NCBI GenBank assembly: GCA_019695035.1
Contig: JAIBAU010000006.1
Span: forward strand, 34,817 to 98,816
Source of the DNA: Caulobacteraceae bacterium
Lineage (GTDB): Bacteria; Pseudomonadota; Alphaproteobacteria; Caulobacterales; Caulobacteraceae
Length of the DNA stretch: 64,000 bases
Direction of reading: 5' to 3'
Made by a program: the position numbers and the translations under genes. Below the pieces are notes generated by a model that was given only the letters and a program-made list of their open reading frames with translations, did not search any database and was not told where the DNA came from. This document shows, piece by piece, positions 42,817-54,886 of this stretch (position 1 is its first letter; each line of letters opens with the position of its first letter).

Positions 42817-43242
42817 TTACGGGATCAGTTCCAGTTCACGGGCGCGAATCACGGCCTGCGTGCGGCGCGCCACTTCCAGCTTGGCGAAGAGATTGGAGAT
42901 GTGGGTCTTGACCGTATTGGGCGCGACGCCGAGCGTGCGCGCCATCTCCTTGTTGGACTGGCCGGCGGCGATCAGTTCGAGCGCCCGCATCTCCTGGCGC
43001 GTCAGGCCCAGGCTTGCGATCGCCGCGTCGTTGCGCCGGAACGCCCCCCGCGGCCGGCTGGCCAGGCGCCATCCCAACCACATGCCGCCGAGCGCAAAGG
43101 CCACGGCGATGATGCCGACATAAATCTCGAAACTGAATCGCATCGCCAGGTACTGATATTCGAGCCACTGCAGCCCGAAGGCTCCGGCGGCCAGGACCGC
43201 GCCCCAGAGCAGCACAATGCGAATGATATCCCCCCGGAACAT
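42817..43242 (-). CDS. membrane-anchored LuxR-family HTH transcriptional regulator
   Basis: 141 aa. Three N-terminal hydrophobic helices are followed by LTRQEMRALELIAAGQSNKEMARTLGVAPNTVKTHISNLFAKL. Confidence 0.85.
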   Translation of the reverse strand: MFRGDIIRIVLLWGAVLAAGAFGLQWLEYQYLAMRFSFEIYVGIIAVAFALGGMWLGWRLASRPRGAFRRNDAAIASLGLTRQEMRALELIAAGQSNKEMARTLGVAPNTVKTHISNLFAKLEVARRTQAVIRARELELIP

Positions 43243-43287
43243 GCAGCCAGTCTGGCGCGCGTCGCGGATTTCGTCACCCGGCGCCGA

Positions 43288-43845
43288 TCAGGGCGCGACC
43301 TGAAAGCCTTCCGAAGGGTCGACCCAGATCATGCGCTGGTCGAAGTCGCGCTGCGGCTTGCCGTCGAGCGAACCGTGCACCACGTAGCCGTGGCCGTCCG
43401 CGATCCAGCGAGCGCAGACCTCGCCCTTGCGCGGCGCCATCGAAAGCATCAACCGGTAGCCGGATTCCTGGCCGGGCGTGGCAGGCTGGCCCGCCACGAC
43501 GAAGCGTGCGGTCGGCAGGACGTCGAGCTGGCCGCAGAGCGCTCCGTCCTTCACCTCCACCGGGGCGGTGACCACGAGCACTGCGGGGCCGTTTTCGTCC
43601 ATGAGCATCTGTGCGGTGCTGAAGATTCGACCGTCATCCTCGAAGCGGTAGGTCGCCATGATCTTGCAGGTCTTGCTGTAGATCTCGGGCTGGAAGCACT
43701 GGATCTGGCCGTCCCGGGCGCCCCCGAGAATGTCCAGGCGGGAGTCGGAAGGAACCTGCTCGCCCGCTTCGGCCCCTGCGATCGGGCCCTCGTCGACCGG
43801 CGCGGCGGCCGTAGCGAACAGAAGGAACAGAAGGGCGGCGTTCAT
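43288..43845 (-). CDS. hypothetical secreted protein
   Basis: These are the C-terminal 185 aa of track ORF 43288..44964, starting at MNAALLFLLFATAAAP (signal peptide). The rest of that ORF is antisense to rph and mutM. Confidence 0.6.
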   Translation of the reverse strand: MNAALLFLLFATAAAPVDEGPIAGAEAGEQVPSDSRLDILGGARDGQIQCFQPEIYSKTCKIMATYRFEDDGRIFSTAQMLMDENGPAVLVVTAPVEVKDGALCGQLDVLPTARFVVAGQPATPGQESGYRLMLSMAPRKGEVCARWIADGHGYVVHGSLDGKPQRDFDQRMIWVDPSEGFQVAP

Positions 43846-43953
43846 TCGTCCATTTGAGCCCAACCTTTGCGGCGGGTCCATGACATCGCGTGGGACAGGA
43901 TGACGCTGCCGCGGAACCGCGCTAAGCGGCGTGTCCAATCCAGGAGCCTTCGC

Positions 43954-44667
43954 ATGCGCCCTTCCGGCCGCGCCGCCGCCGCCCTTCGCCCCGTCACGCT
44001 CGAAACCGGAGTGAACCGGTATGCCGAGGGCTCGTGCCTGGTCAGCTTCGGTCATACTCGCGTGCTGGTCACCGCCAGCCACGAGGGTTCGGTGCCGGGC
44101 TGGATGAGGGGCAAGGGGGCGGGGTGGGTGACGGCCGAATACGGCATGCTTCCTCGCGCGACTCACACCCGAGGCCGGCGCGAGGCCGCCGCTGGCAAGC
44201 AGTCCGGCCGCACCCAGGAAATCCAGCGCCTGATTGGCCGCTCCATGCGGGCCGTGGTGGACCTGAAAGCGCTGGGGGAACGACAGATCACTCTCGACTG
44301 CGATGTCATCCAGGCCGACGGGGGCACCCGGACCGCGGCCATCACCGGGGCCTGGGTCGCGCTCGCCCAGTGCTGCAATTACCTCACCGCCGAGGGCGTG
44401 TTGGAGAAGAACCCGGTGCTCGACCAGGTGGCCGCCGTGTCCTGCGGCATCTTCGAGGGCCAACCGGTCTGCGACCTCGATTACGAAGAAGACTCCTCGG
44501 CCGAGGCCGACTCGAACTTCGTGCTCACCGGGGACGGCCACATCGTCGAGGTCCAGGCCACGGGCGAGAAGCGAGGCTTCACGCGCCACGAATTCGATCA
44601 GCTGTTCGGCCTGGCCATCCACGGCTGCAACGAGCTGTTCGCCCTGCAGCGCAACGCGGTGGGCTGA
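43954..44667 (+). CDS. rph: ribonuclease PH
   Basis: Starts at [14 protein letters not shown] after CAGGAG. It contains [24 protein letters not shown] and [14 protein letters not shown]. Confidence 0.95.
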   Translation: MRPSGRAAAALRPVTLETGVNRYAEGSCLVSFGHTRVLVTASHEGSVPGWMRGKGAGWVTAEYGMLPRATHTRGRREAAAGKQSGRTQEIQRLIGRSMRAVVDLKALGERQITLDCDVIQADGGTRTAAITGAWVALAQCCNYLTAEGVLEKNPVLDQVAAVSCGIFEGQPVCDLDYEEDSSAEADSNFVLTGDGHIVEVQATGEKRGFTRHEFDQLFGLAIHGCNELFALQRNAVG

Positions 44668-44668
44668 G

Positions 44669-45521
44669 TTGCCGGAACTGCCCGAGGTCGAGACCGTCCG
44701 CCGGGGCCTGGAGCCGGCGCTGGAGGGCCGCGCCCTGGCGCGGGTGCGGGTCAATCGGCCGGACCTCCGCTTCCCCTTCCCGGAGCATTTCGCCAGGCGG
44801 CTGGAGGGCGCCACCGTGGAACGGCTCGAGCGCCGCGCCAAATACCTGCGGTTCCCCCTCTCGACCGGCGAGACCTGGGTGACGCACCTGGGCATGACCG
44901 GTCGTTTCACCATCGACGGGCGAGCGCCCGGCGAGTTCGAGGAAGACGCCCCGACCGGCGGCAAGCACGAACACCTGTCGCTGGTGACCTCGGACGGCAG
45001 GCGGATCGGCTTCTCCGATGCGCGCCGTTTCGGCTACATGGCCCTGATCCCGACCGATGAGGTGGATCAGCATCCCTGGTTCAAGGACTTGGGGCCGGAG
45101 CCGCTTGGCAACACCTTCAACGCCGAGGTGTTGAAGACCGCCTTCCGGGGCAAGAAGCAGAACGTGAAGGTCAGCCTGCTCGATCAGCGCATCGTGGCCG
45201 GGCTGGGCAACATCTATGTGGTGGAGGCGCTCTACCGGGCGCGCATTTCACCCAGGACGCCGGCCGGCAAGGTCTCGGGTCCGCGGCTCGAAAGGCTGGT
45301 GGTCGCCATCCGGGAGGTCCTGAACGAGGCGGTGGAGGCCGGAGGCTCAACGCTCCGGGACTTCGCCAACGCCGAGGGGGGGGCAGGGCTACTTCCAGCA
45401 CCGCTTCGACGTTTACGGCCGCGAGGGGGAGCCCTGCCTTGGCCAGGGCTGCACCGGTGTGGTCAAGCGCTTCGTCCAGGCGGGCCGGTCCACATTCTGG
45501 TGCCCCGGCTGCCAGAAATGA
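44669..45521 (+). pseudogene. mutM: formamidopyrimidine-DNA glycosylase (Fpg/MutM) with a +1 frameshift in a G8 run
   Basis: TTG at 44669 gives (M)PELPEVETVRRGL. The first frame runs to ...[12 protein letters not shown]. The conserved C-terminus [44 protein letters not shown] is in the next frame from 45384. The length is 853 nt (3n+1), and the G8 run is at 45376-45383. Confidence 0.85.
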
Positions 45522-46057
45522 AGTCGATTTGCCTACTTCGGGCGGTCAACGTCGGGGGCCGCAAGGTGGTGATGGCCGACCTCGAGGCCATGGCTCTTGA
45601 CCTCGGGTTCAGGCAGGCAAAGACGCTCCTGGCCTCGGGCAACTTGGTGCTGGACGCCGGGGGGCTTTCCGCGGGCGCCTTGGCGGAACGGCTCGAGGGA
45701 GAGTTCCGGCGACGCTTCGGCTTCCAGGCGGAGTTCATCTGCCGAACGGCCGACCAGTGGCGTGCGCTAATGGCGGGCTGTCCGTTCCCCGAAGACGCCA
45801 AGACGCGGGGATCTCGGCTGTTGTGTCTACTCGCCCAGGGAGCGCCCGCGCCCGATGTGGTCGAGCGCCTGCAGGCGATGGCCGAGGATGGCGAACGGGT
45901 TGAGCGGGACGGCGACGCGGTCTGGATCGCCTTCACCGACGCGGGCATGGCCCGTTCCAGGCTTTCCACCCCGAAGGCCCTGAAGACCTTCGGTCAGCCC
46001 GTGACGGGGCGAAACTGGAACACGGTCGAGAAGCTGGCGGCGCTGGCGCAGGCTTGA
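45518..46057 (+). CDS. DUF1697 domain-containing protein
   Basis: 179 aa beginning [22 protein letters not shown], typical of DUF1697. The ATG overlaps the mutM stop (ATGA). Confidence 0.8.
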   Translation: MKSICLLRAVNVGGRKVVMADLEAMALDLGFRQAKTLLASGNLVLDAGGLSAGALAERLEGEFRRRFGFQAEFICRTADQWRALMAGCPFPEDAKTRGSRLLCLLAQGAPAPDVVERLQAMAEDGERVERDGDAVWIAFTDAGMARSRLSTPKALKTFGQPVTGRNWNTVEKLAALAQA

Positions 46058-46098
46058 GCCGATTGCTACACGCTCGCCCGACTTCACGGGAGCGCGCC

Positions 46099-46881
46099 AT
46101 GGCCGACCAGTATCAGACCCTCATCGTCGAGCGCGAGGACGGTTACGCGCTCGTGCGGCTCAATCGCCCCGACGCTCTGAACGCCCTGAACTCGCAACTG
46201 AACAGCGAGCTGGCGGCCTTCCTCGACGCAGTCGAGCACGACGATGCGGTCCGCTGCGTCGTCCTGACTGGGTCCGAAAAGGCCTTCGCCGCCGGCGCCG
46301 ACATCAAGGAGATGTCGTCCAAGTCCTACGCCGAGATGTTCACCGAGAATTTCTTCGCGGGCATCAGCGACCGCATCGCCCGCTTCCGCAAGCCGATCAT
46401 CGCGGCCGTGTCGGGCTATGCGCTCGGCGGCGGCTGCGAGCTGGCCATGCTGTGCGATTTCATACTGTGCTCGGAGAGCGCCAAGTTCGGCCAGCCGGAG
46501 ATCAACCTCGGCGTCGCGCCGGGCATCGGCGGCTCCCAGCGCCTGACCCGCTACGTCGGCAAGTCCAAGGCCATGGATATGATCCTGACCGGCCGAATGA
46601 TGGACGCCCAGGAAGCCGAACGCGCCGGCTTGGTCAGCCGCATCTTCCCCAACGACAAGCTGGTTGAGGAAGCCAAGCTCGTCGCCGCCAGGATCGCTTC
46701 GCAGTCGACGCTGGCGGTGATGATGAACAAGGAGATGGTCGACGCGGCCTACGAGACCACCCTCACCCAAGGCGTGCGCTTCGAACGCCGCCTGTTCCAC
46801 TCCCTGTTCGCCTTTGACGACCAGAAAGAGGGCATGGGCGCCTTCGTCGAGAAGCGGAAGCCTGACTTCAAGGGGCGCTAG
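46099..46881 (+). CDS. enoyl-CoA hydratase (crotonase family)
   Basis: Starts at MADQYQTLIVERE. It contains NRPDALNAL, FAAGADIKEM and GYALGGGCELAM. Confidence 0.92.
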   Translation: MADQYQTLIVEREDGYALVRLNRPDALNALNSQLNSELAAFLDAVEHDDAVRCVVLTGSEKAFAAGADIKEMSSKSYAEMFTENFFAGISDRIARFRKPIIAAVSGYALGGGCELAMLCDFILCSESAKFGQPEINLGVAPGIGGSQRLTRYVGKSKAMDMILTGRMMDAQEAERAGLVSRIFPNDKLVEEAKLVAARIASQSTLAVMMNKEMVDAAYETTLTQGVRFERRLFHSLFAFDDQKEGMGAFVEKRKPDFKGR

Positions 46882-46962
46882 GCGGGCGCGGCGGCGCGGG
46901 GCCGGGCGCCGGCCCTTCCACCACGCCCTGGGAGTGAAATCACGACCGCTTCCGGACTCGCG

Positions 46963-46990
46963 TTGACCCCTCCGCCCTTCTCGGCTATAG
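46963..46990 (+). promoter_or_regulatory. candidate housekeeping-sigma promoter of rpsT
   Basis: TTGACC (46963-68), a 16 nt spacer, then CTATAG (46985-90). This fits the Caulobacter-type TTGACgS...GCtANAWC pattern and lies about 70 nt upstream of the rpsT ATG. Confidence 0.4.
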
Positions 46991-47058
46991 CCGCGCGCTC
47001 TTGAATTTTCCGCGCCGTGGGCAAGGGCCTGCGGCGTTTCACGTTCGAAGGACTACCG

Positions 47059-47328
47059 ATGGCCAACAATCCCGGCGCCAAGAAAGCGATCCGCAAGATC
47101 GAACGCCGCACCGAGGTCAACAAGGCGCGCCGTTCGCGCGTCCGCACCTTCCTGCGCAAGTTCGACGAGGCCCTGGCCTCGGGCGACGCCAAGGCGGCCG
47201 GAGCGGCCTTCATCGTCGCCCAGTCGGAGCTGATGCGGGCGGTGTCGAAGGGCGTCGTCCACAGGAACACCGGGGCGCGAAAGGTGTCGCGCCTGGCCGC
47301 CCAGCTGAAGAAGCTCGCAGCAGCGTAA
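47059..47328 (+). CDS. rpsT: 30S ribosomal protein S20
   Basis: Starts at [26 protein letters not shown]. 89 aa. Confidence 0.95.
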   Translation: MANNPGAKKAIRKIERRTEVNKARRSRVRTFLRKFDEALASGDAKAAGAAFIVAQSELMRAVSKGVVHRNTGARKVSRLAAQLKKLAAA

Positions 47329-47376
47329 ACTTCCGGTCGCTCGACCGGGAAAACCTAATTACGGAACGATTCCAGA

Positions 47377-47408
47377 GCCGAGTGAACGTAAGTTCGCTCG
47401 GCTTTTTT
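47377..47408 (+). terminator. rho-independent terminator of rpsT
   Basis: GCCGAGTGAAC, loop GTAA, GTTCGCTCGGC (one G-U pair), followed by TTTTTT at 47403-47408. Confidence 0.7.
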
Positions 47409-47716
47409 GCCGTGCACGGAATGGTGGAATTTGGGCGATTCGTCGCGCGTCAATTCCGTCTTCGGAATTTTCCCCAAGCGGGCGAAGCGTTTATCGGAGT
47501 CAACGCATTTATTCGCACCTGAGGCTACTTTTCCCCCCTTTACCCGGCCTTCGCGATGGCTAATTTTGAACTCCTAACGCAGCCGTCTCGACGGAAGAAA
47601 CGCGCGGGGGGCGCCTTCGCGTCTGCGTTAGCAAGAGATTGTTTCGATTAGAAAATCAGGCCGGAGGCCCAGCTTCCGGTCGACAATGAAACCTTGTCTA
47701 AGGGGTTGGGGAAGCC

Positions 47717-49135
47717 ATGCCGAGACTGGAGACCGGGACGCCGCCCGAGGCGGTTTGGACCAAGGTTGCTGACGCCCTGCGAGGCGAACTGGGCGAGGGC
47801 CCGTTCAATTCGTATGTGGCCACCTCCGACGTCCGCCCCGGCAAGACCGGTTCGCTCTACCTCGTCACCCAGACCGCCTATGCCCGGGACTGGGTGAAAA
47901 AGAACGCCATCGATCGCGTCGAGCAGCTTTGGATCGAGAACGATCCCGCCCGCCGTCCGCTGGGCTTGCGCAGTCGCCACGAGCACGAGGCCGACGGCGG
48001 GGTCCAGACCGAGGCCCAGTCTCCCGCCGTGGTCAGCGACCGTACCTTCGCCGGCGCGGTTTCCGACATGAGCGAGCGCCAGCGCCCGGCTCGCGCGGCC
48101 GGCCTTCAGGAGCGCCTGTCCTTCGACAGCTTCGTGCCCGGACAGGGAAACGAGTTCGCCTACGCGATGGCGCGCCAGGTCGCCGCCTGGACCGACGGGC
48201 ACTTCAACCCGGTCTTCTTCCATGGTCCCTACGGGTACGGAAAGACCCACCTGCTGAACGCCATAGGCTGGGAGGCGCAGCGCCTGCGCCCTGAGGCCAG
48301 GGTGATCTACCTGACGGCCGAGCGCTTCCTCTCGTCCTTCGTACGGGCGGTGATGGACCGCTCCACGGCGGCCTTCAAGGAAGAGCTGCGCGGGGCCGAC
48401 CTCCTGCTGATCGACGACGTCCAGTTCATCGGCGGCAAGGTTTCCTCGCAGGAGGAGATGTTCCACACCCTCACCGCGCTGCTGGAAGACGGCAAGCGGG
48501 TGGTGCTTACCGGCGATCGGCCCCCTTCGGCCATGACCGAGGTCGATGCGCGCCTGCGCTCTCATCTGGGCGCCGGTCTCGTCTGCCCTGTCGAGCCGGG
48601 TGACAAGGCTCTCCGCCTGGCGGTGGTTCGGCGCAAGCTCGAATTGCTGGCCCAGCGTCAGCCCATCGACCTGCCGGCCCGTCCCGAGGTGCTTCAGTTT
48701 CTCGCCGATCGCGTTCCCGGCTCCATCCGGGAGCTGGAAGGCGCGCTCAACACCCTCGTGGCGGTCGCAGGCCAGCGACTGTCGCGGCTTACCCTGGAAG
48801 AGGTCCAGCAGCTGCTGCGCCCAAACCTGACTGGGGGCGTTGAGCGGCGCATCACCGTGGACGAAATCCAGAAGACCACGGCCGACCACTTCGGTCTCAA
48901 GCAGGCCGATCTGCTCTCCGAGCGTCGCACCCGTTCAATCGCGCGTCCGCGCCAGGTGGCGATGTACCTCTGCAAGCTGCATACGACGCGGTCCTATCCC
49001 GATATCGGCCGCCGCTTCGGCGGGCGGGATCACACCACGGTGCTCCACGGGGTGAAAAAGATCGAGCAGCTGATCGGCACCGACGAGCAGATCGCCCGCG
49101 ACGTCGAGGCGCTGTCGCGCAAGCTGAGAGGCTGA
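47717..49135 (+). CDS. dnaA: chromosomal replication initiator protein DnaA
   Basis: 472 aa with Walker A GPYGYGKTHL, LLIDDVQF, and the C-terminal DNA-binding region RQVAMYLCK...GGRDHTTVLHG. Confidence 0.97.
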   Translation: MPRLETGTPPEAVWTKVADALRGELGEGPFNSYVATSDVRPGKTGSLYLVTQTAYARDWVKKNAIDRVEQLWIENDPARRPLGLRSRHEHEADGGVQTEAQSPAVVSDRTFAGAVSDMSERQRPARAAGLQERLSFDSFVPGQGNEFAYAMARQVAAWTDGHFNPVFFHGPYGYGKTHLLNAIGWEAQRLRPEARVIYLTAERFLSSFVRAVMDRSTAAFKEELRGADLLLIDDVQFIGGKVSSQEEMFHTLTALLEDGKRVVLTGDRPPSAMTEVDARLRSHLGAGLVCPVEPGDKALRLAVVRRKLELLAQRQPIDLPARPEVLQFLADRVPGSIRELEGALNTLVAVAGQRLSRLTLEEVQQLLRPNLTGGVERRITVDEIQKTTADHFGLKQADLLSERRTRSIARPRQVAMYLCKLHTTRSYPDIGRRFGGRDHTTVLHGVKKIEQLIGTDEQIARDVEALSRKLRG

Positions 49136-49143
49136 GGACCTTC

Positions 49144-49166
49144 GGCGGGGCGGTGACCCCGCCTTT
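49144..49166 (+). terminator. possible weak terminator after dnaA
   Basis: GGCGGGG, loop CGGTGA, CCCCGCC, followed only by TTT. Confidence 0.3.
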
Positions 49167-49416
49167 CCCCGAGCGGGCGGATCGAGTTCAGAATCAGGCG
49201 TAGAGTCCAATAGTTAGCGTTCTCCAGCTGCTCAGCCGCCTGGCTCCGCAACGGCGGGGTCGCATGAACGGACCGCGCCGGCCCGGAGAACCTCGGATTC
49301 TTTCCCCATCCGCGCACGTGCCGGGGCTTCTCTCCGGCGGGGTTTTGGATAGTGTGCGAAGCCCTCTAATCTTCTCAAACGCTGGGGATTCGGCCTGGCG
49401 AGTGGGCGGCGACACA

Positions 49417-50535
49417 ATGCATCTGACCATCGAGCGCTCGGCGCTCCTCAAGGCCCTCGGACACGTTCAGAGCGTCGTCGAACGGCGCAACACCATACCG
49501 ATCCTGTCCAACGTGCTGCTGTCGGCCGATCGTGACGGGGTCAGCTTCTCGGCCACCGACCTCGACATGGAGATCGTCGACGAAGCCGAGGCGGTGGTGA
49601 ACCAGCCGGGGCAGATCACTGCGCCGGCCCACACCCTCTATGAGATCGTCCGGAAACTGCCCGAGGGCGCCGATGTCGAGCTGAAGTATTCCGGCGACGA
49701 CCCGCGCCTGTCGGTTTCGGCGGGCCGTTCGCGGTTCAACCTGCCGGTGCTGCCTGCCGGCGATTTTCCCGTGATGAACGCCGACGGCCTGTCGTCCCGC
49801 TTCTCCATCGGCAAGGAAGAACTGGCCCGCCTCGTCGACAAGACCCGCTTCGCGGTTTCCACCGAAGAGACCCGCTACTACCTGAACGGCCTCTACCTCC
49901 ACACGGTCTCCGAGGAGGGCTCGGCTCGCCTTCGGGCGGTCGCCACCGATGGTCACCGCCTGGCGCTTGCCGAGATGAGCGCGCCCGAGGGCGCGGTGGG
50001 CGGTCCGGGCGTGATCGTTCCGCGCAAGACCATCGACCAGGTGCGGCGCCTGCTGGATGACGGCCAGGGTATGGTCGATGTCCAAGTGTCAGCCGCCAAG
50101 ATCCGCTTCGAGTTCGGCCGCGCATCCCTGACCTCCAAGGTCATCGACGGCTCGTTTCCCGACTACGTGCGCGTGATCCCAAAGGACAATCAGCGCTTGC
50201 TCACTGTGGACAACGGCTTGTTCGCCCAGGCAGTCGATCGCGTCTCGACCATCTCGGCCGAGAAGAGCCGGTCGGTAAAGCTGGCGGTCGACCCTGGCCG
50301 CGTGACACTGACGGTCCGCAACATGGAGGCGGGGCAGGGCGTCGAGGAGCTCGAGGTCGACTATGACGACGCGAGCTTTGAGATCGGCTTCAACGCCCGC
50401 TACCTGCTCGACGTGGCCGGCCAGATCACCGGCGAGCAGGCCGAGCTGCGCTTCGCCGATCCGGCGTCGCCCACGCTTGTGCTCGATCCGGCGGACGCCG
50501 GCGTGCAGTACGTGCTGATGCCGCTTCGGGTTTGA
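49417..50535 (+). CDS. dnaN: DNA polymerase III beta sliding clamp
   Basis: Starts at MHLTIERSALLKALGHVQSVVERRNTIPILSN. 372 aa. Confidence 0.96.
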   Translation: MHLTIERSALLKALGHVQSVVERRNTIPILSNVLLSADRDGVSFSATDLDMEIVDEAEAVVNQPGQITAPAHTLYEIVRKLPEGADVELKYSGDDPRLSVSAGRSRFNLPVLPAGDFPVMNADGLSSRFSIGKEELARLVDKTRFAVSTEETRYYLNGLYLHTVSEEGSARLRAVATDGHRLALAEMSAPEGAVGGPGVIVPRKTIDQVRRLLDDGQGMVDVQVSAAKIRFEFGRASLTSKVIDGSFPDYVRVIPKDNQRLLTVDNGLFAQAVDRVSTISAEKSRSVKLAVDPGRVTLTVRNMEAGQGVEELEVDYDDASFEIGFNARYLLDVAGQITGEQAELRFADPASPTLVLDPADAGVQYVLMPLRV

Positions 50536-50556
50536 CCGCGGCGTCTGCGCCCGTAA

Positions 50557-50910
50557 TCAGTCCCAGGCGTTGTCCAGTTCCGCGATGCGCTGGTCGTAAG
50601 CCTGGTGCAGGCAACCGACAGTCTGGCACCGGTCGCGACGGCTCAGCCAGTAGCGCTGGGTGGACTGCAGGTCAGCAGCCCGCTGGTACTCTCCGTCGCG
50701 CTTCAGGAAATTCAGGCGCTCGTAATAGAGCGACGCCATGCGCCGATCCTTGCGGGCGAGGGTTGCGTTGCCGCAGATGGCCTTCTCCACGAAGGTGCGA
50801 GCCTTCTTGCAGTTGAAGCTGGGCGTCGACTGGGCGGCCGACGGGGCCGCAGCGGCGATGGCGGCGCACGCCAGAACGGCGGCCGCGACAAAAGCCTTCA
50901 GACGGGTCAT
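50557..50910 (-). CDS. LprI family (DUF1311) lysozyme-inhibitor-like secreted protein
   Basis: 117 aa with a signal peptide, then the pattern C..A.T..E..IC....L...D..M...Y..L...QR.W...RD..C. Confidence 0.7.
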   Translation of the reverse strand: MTRLKAFVAAAVLACAAIAAAAPSAAQSTPSFNCKKARTFVEKAICGNATLARKDRRMASLYYERLNFLKRDGEYQRAADLQSTQRYWLSRRDRCQTVGCLHQAYDQRIAELDNAWD

Positions 50911-50960
50911 AGCAGGTCTCGTATTCCCAGCCGGCCGGCCGCCGGCGCCTGCACCCTAGA

Positions 50961-54519
<3,559 letters not shown>

Positions 54520-54570
54520 GACTGGGCGCGACGACCGAGGGGGTTTGACGGAGCCAGTCCGGAGGTCAGT

Positions 54571-54885
54571 TTGTCCGCGTCCCGCTACTTTCGCATCGAC
54601 CTGCGTAGCGACGATCCGGTCGGTCCATGCACCTTGCTGTTCGAGGTACGGACGGACGGCAGTTCACCGCGCAGTGTGCACCTCTACCCGGACGGCCGCG
54701 TGATCTGTTGCGAAGCGCCTGGGGTGGCGGGAAGCCTCATCGACGACGACTTCTTCGCAGTCTGGGGCGCGTTCCCGCCGGGCGAGCGGCGCGACGTCGG
54801 CGGCCAGGTGGTGACGCTCATCGAAATCTGGGCTGCCGCGTTCGATGAGTTGTGGCATGGCCAGGACTCCAAGGCGGGAGTTTGA
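54571..54885 (+). CDS. hypothetical protein (single copy of a ~95-aa domain repeated in the next gene)
   Basis: 104 aa with a TTG start. The G/C3 bias is acceptable. It is homologous to the C-terminal half of the 54887..55573 product. Confidence 0.55.
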   Translation: MSASRYFRIDLRSDDPVGPCTLLFEVRTDGSSPRSVHLYPDGRVICCEAPGVAGSLIDDDFFAVWGAFPPGERRDVGGQVVTLIEIWAAAFDELWHGQDSKAGV

Positions 54886-54886
54886 G

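Noticed and set aside
44303-46057. A 584-aa ORF that looks like one large protein.
   Set aside because: It is a chimera. It consists of the tail of the rph region, the N-terminal part of fpg, 45 out-of-frame fpg codons after the G8 frameshift, and then the DUF1697 gene entered through the ATGA junction.
46899-46917. A GC-rich hairpin, GGGCCGG-GCG-CCGGCCC, after the enoyl-CoA hydratase gene, considered as a possible terminator.
   Set aside because: It is followed only by TT, so there is no convincing U-tract. I did not call it as a feature.
47329-47716. Possible chromosomal replication origin next to dnaA.
   Set aside because: I found only one weak (7/9) DnaA-box-like 9-mer, no cluster of boxes, no TTAA-N7-TTAA CtrA sites and no extended AT-rich unwinding element. 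In Caulobacter-type genomes the origin lies near hemE rather than in the rpsT-dnaA spacer. The region is better explained as the dnaA promoter and leader.
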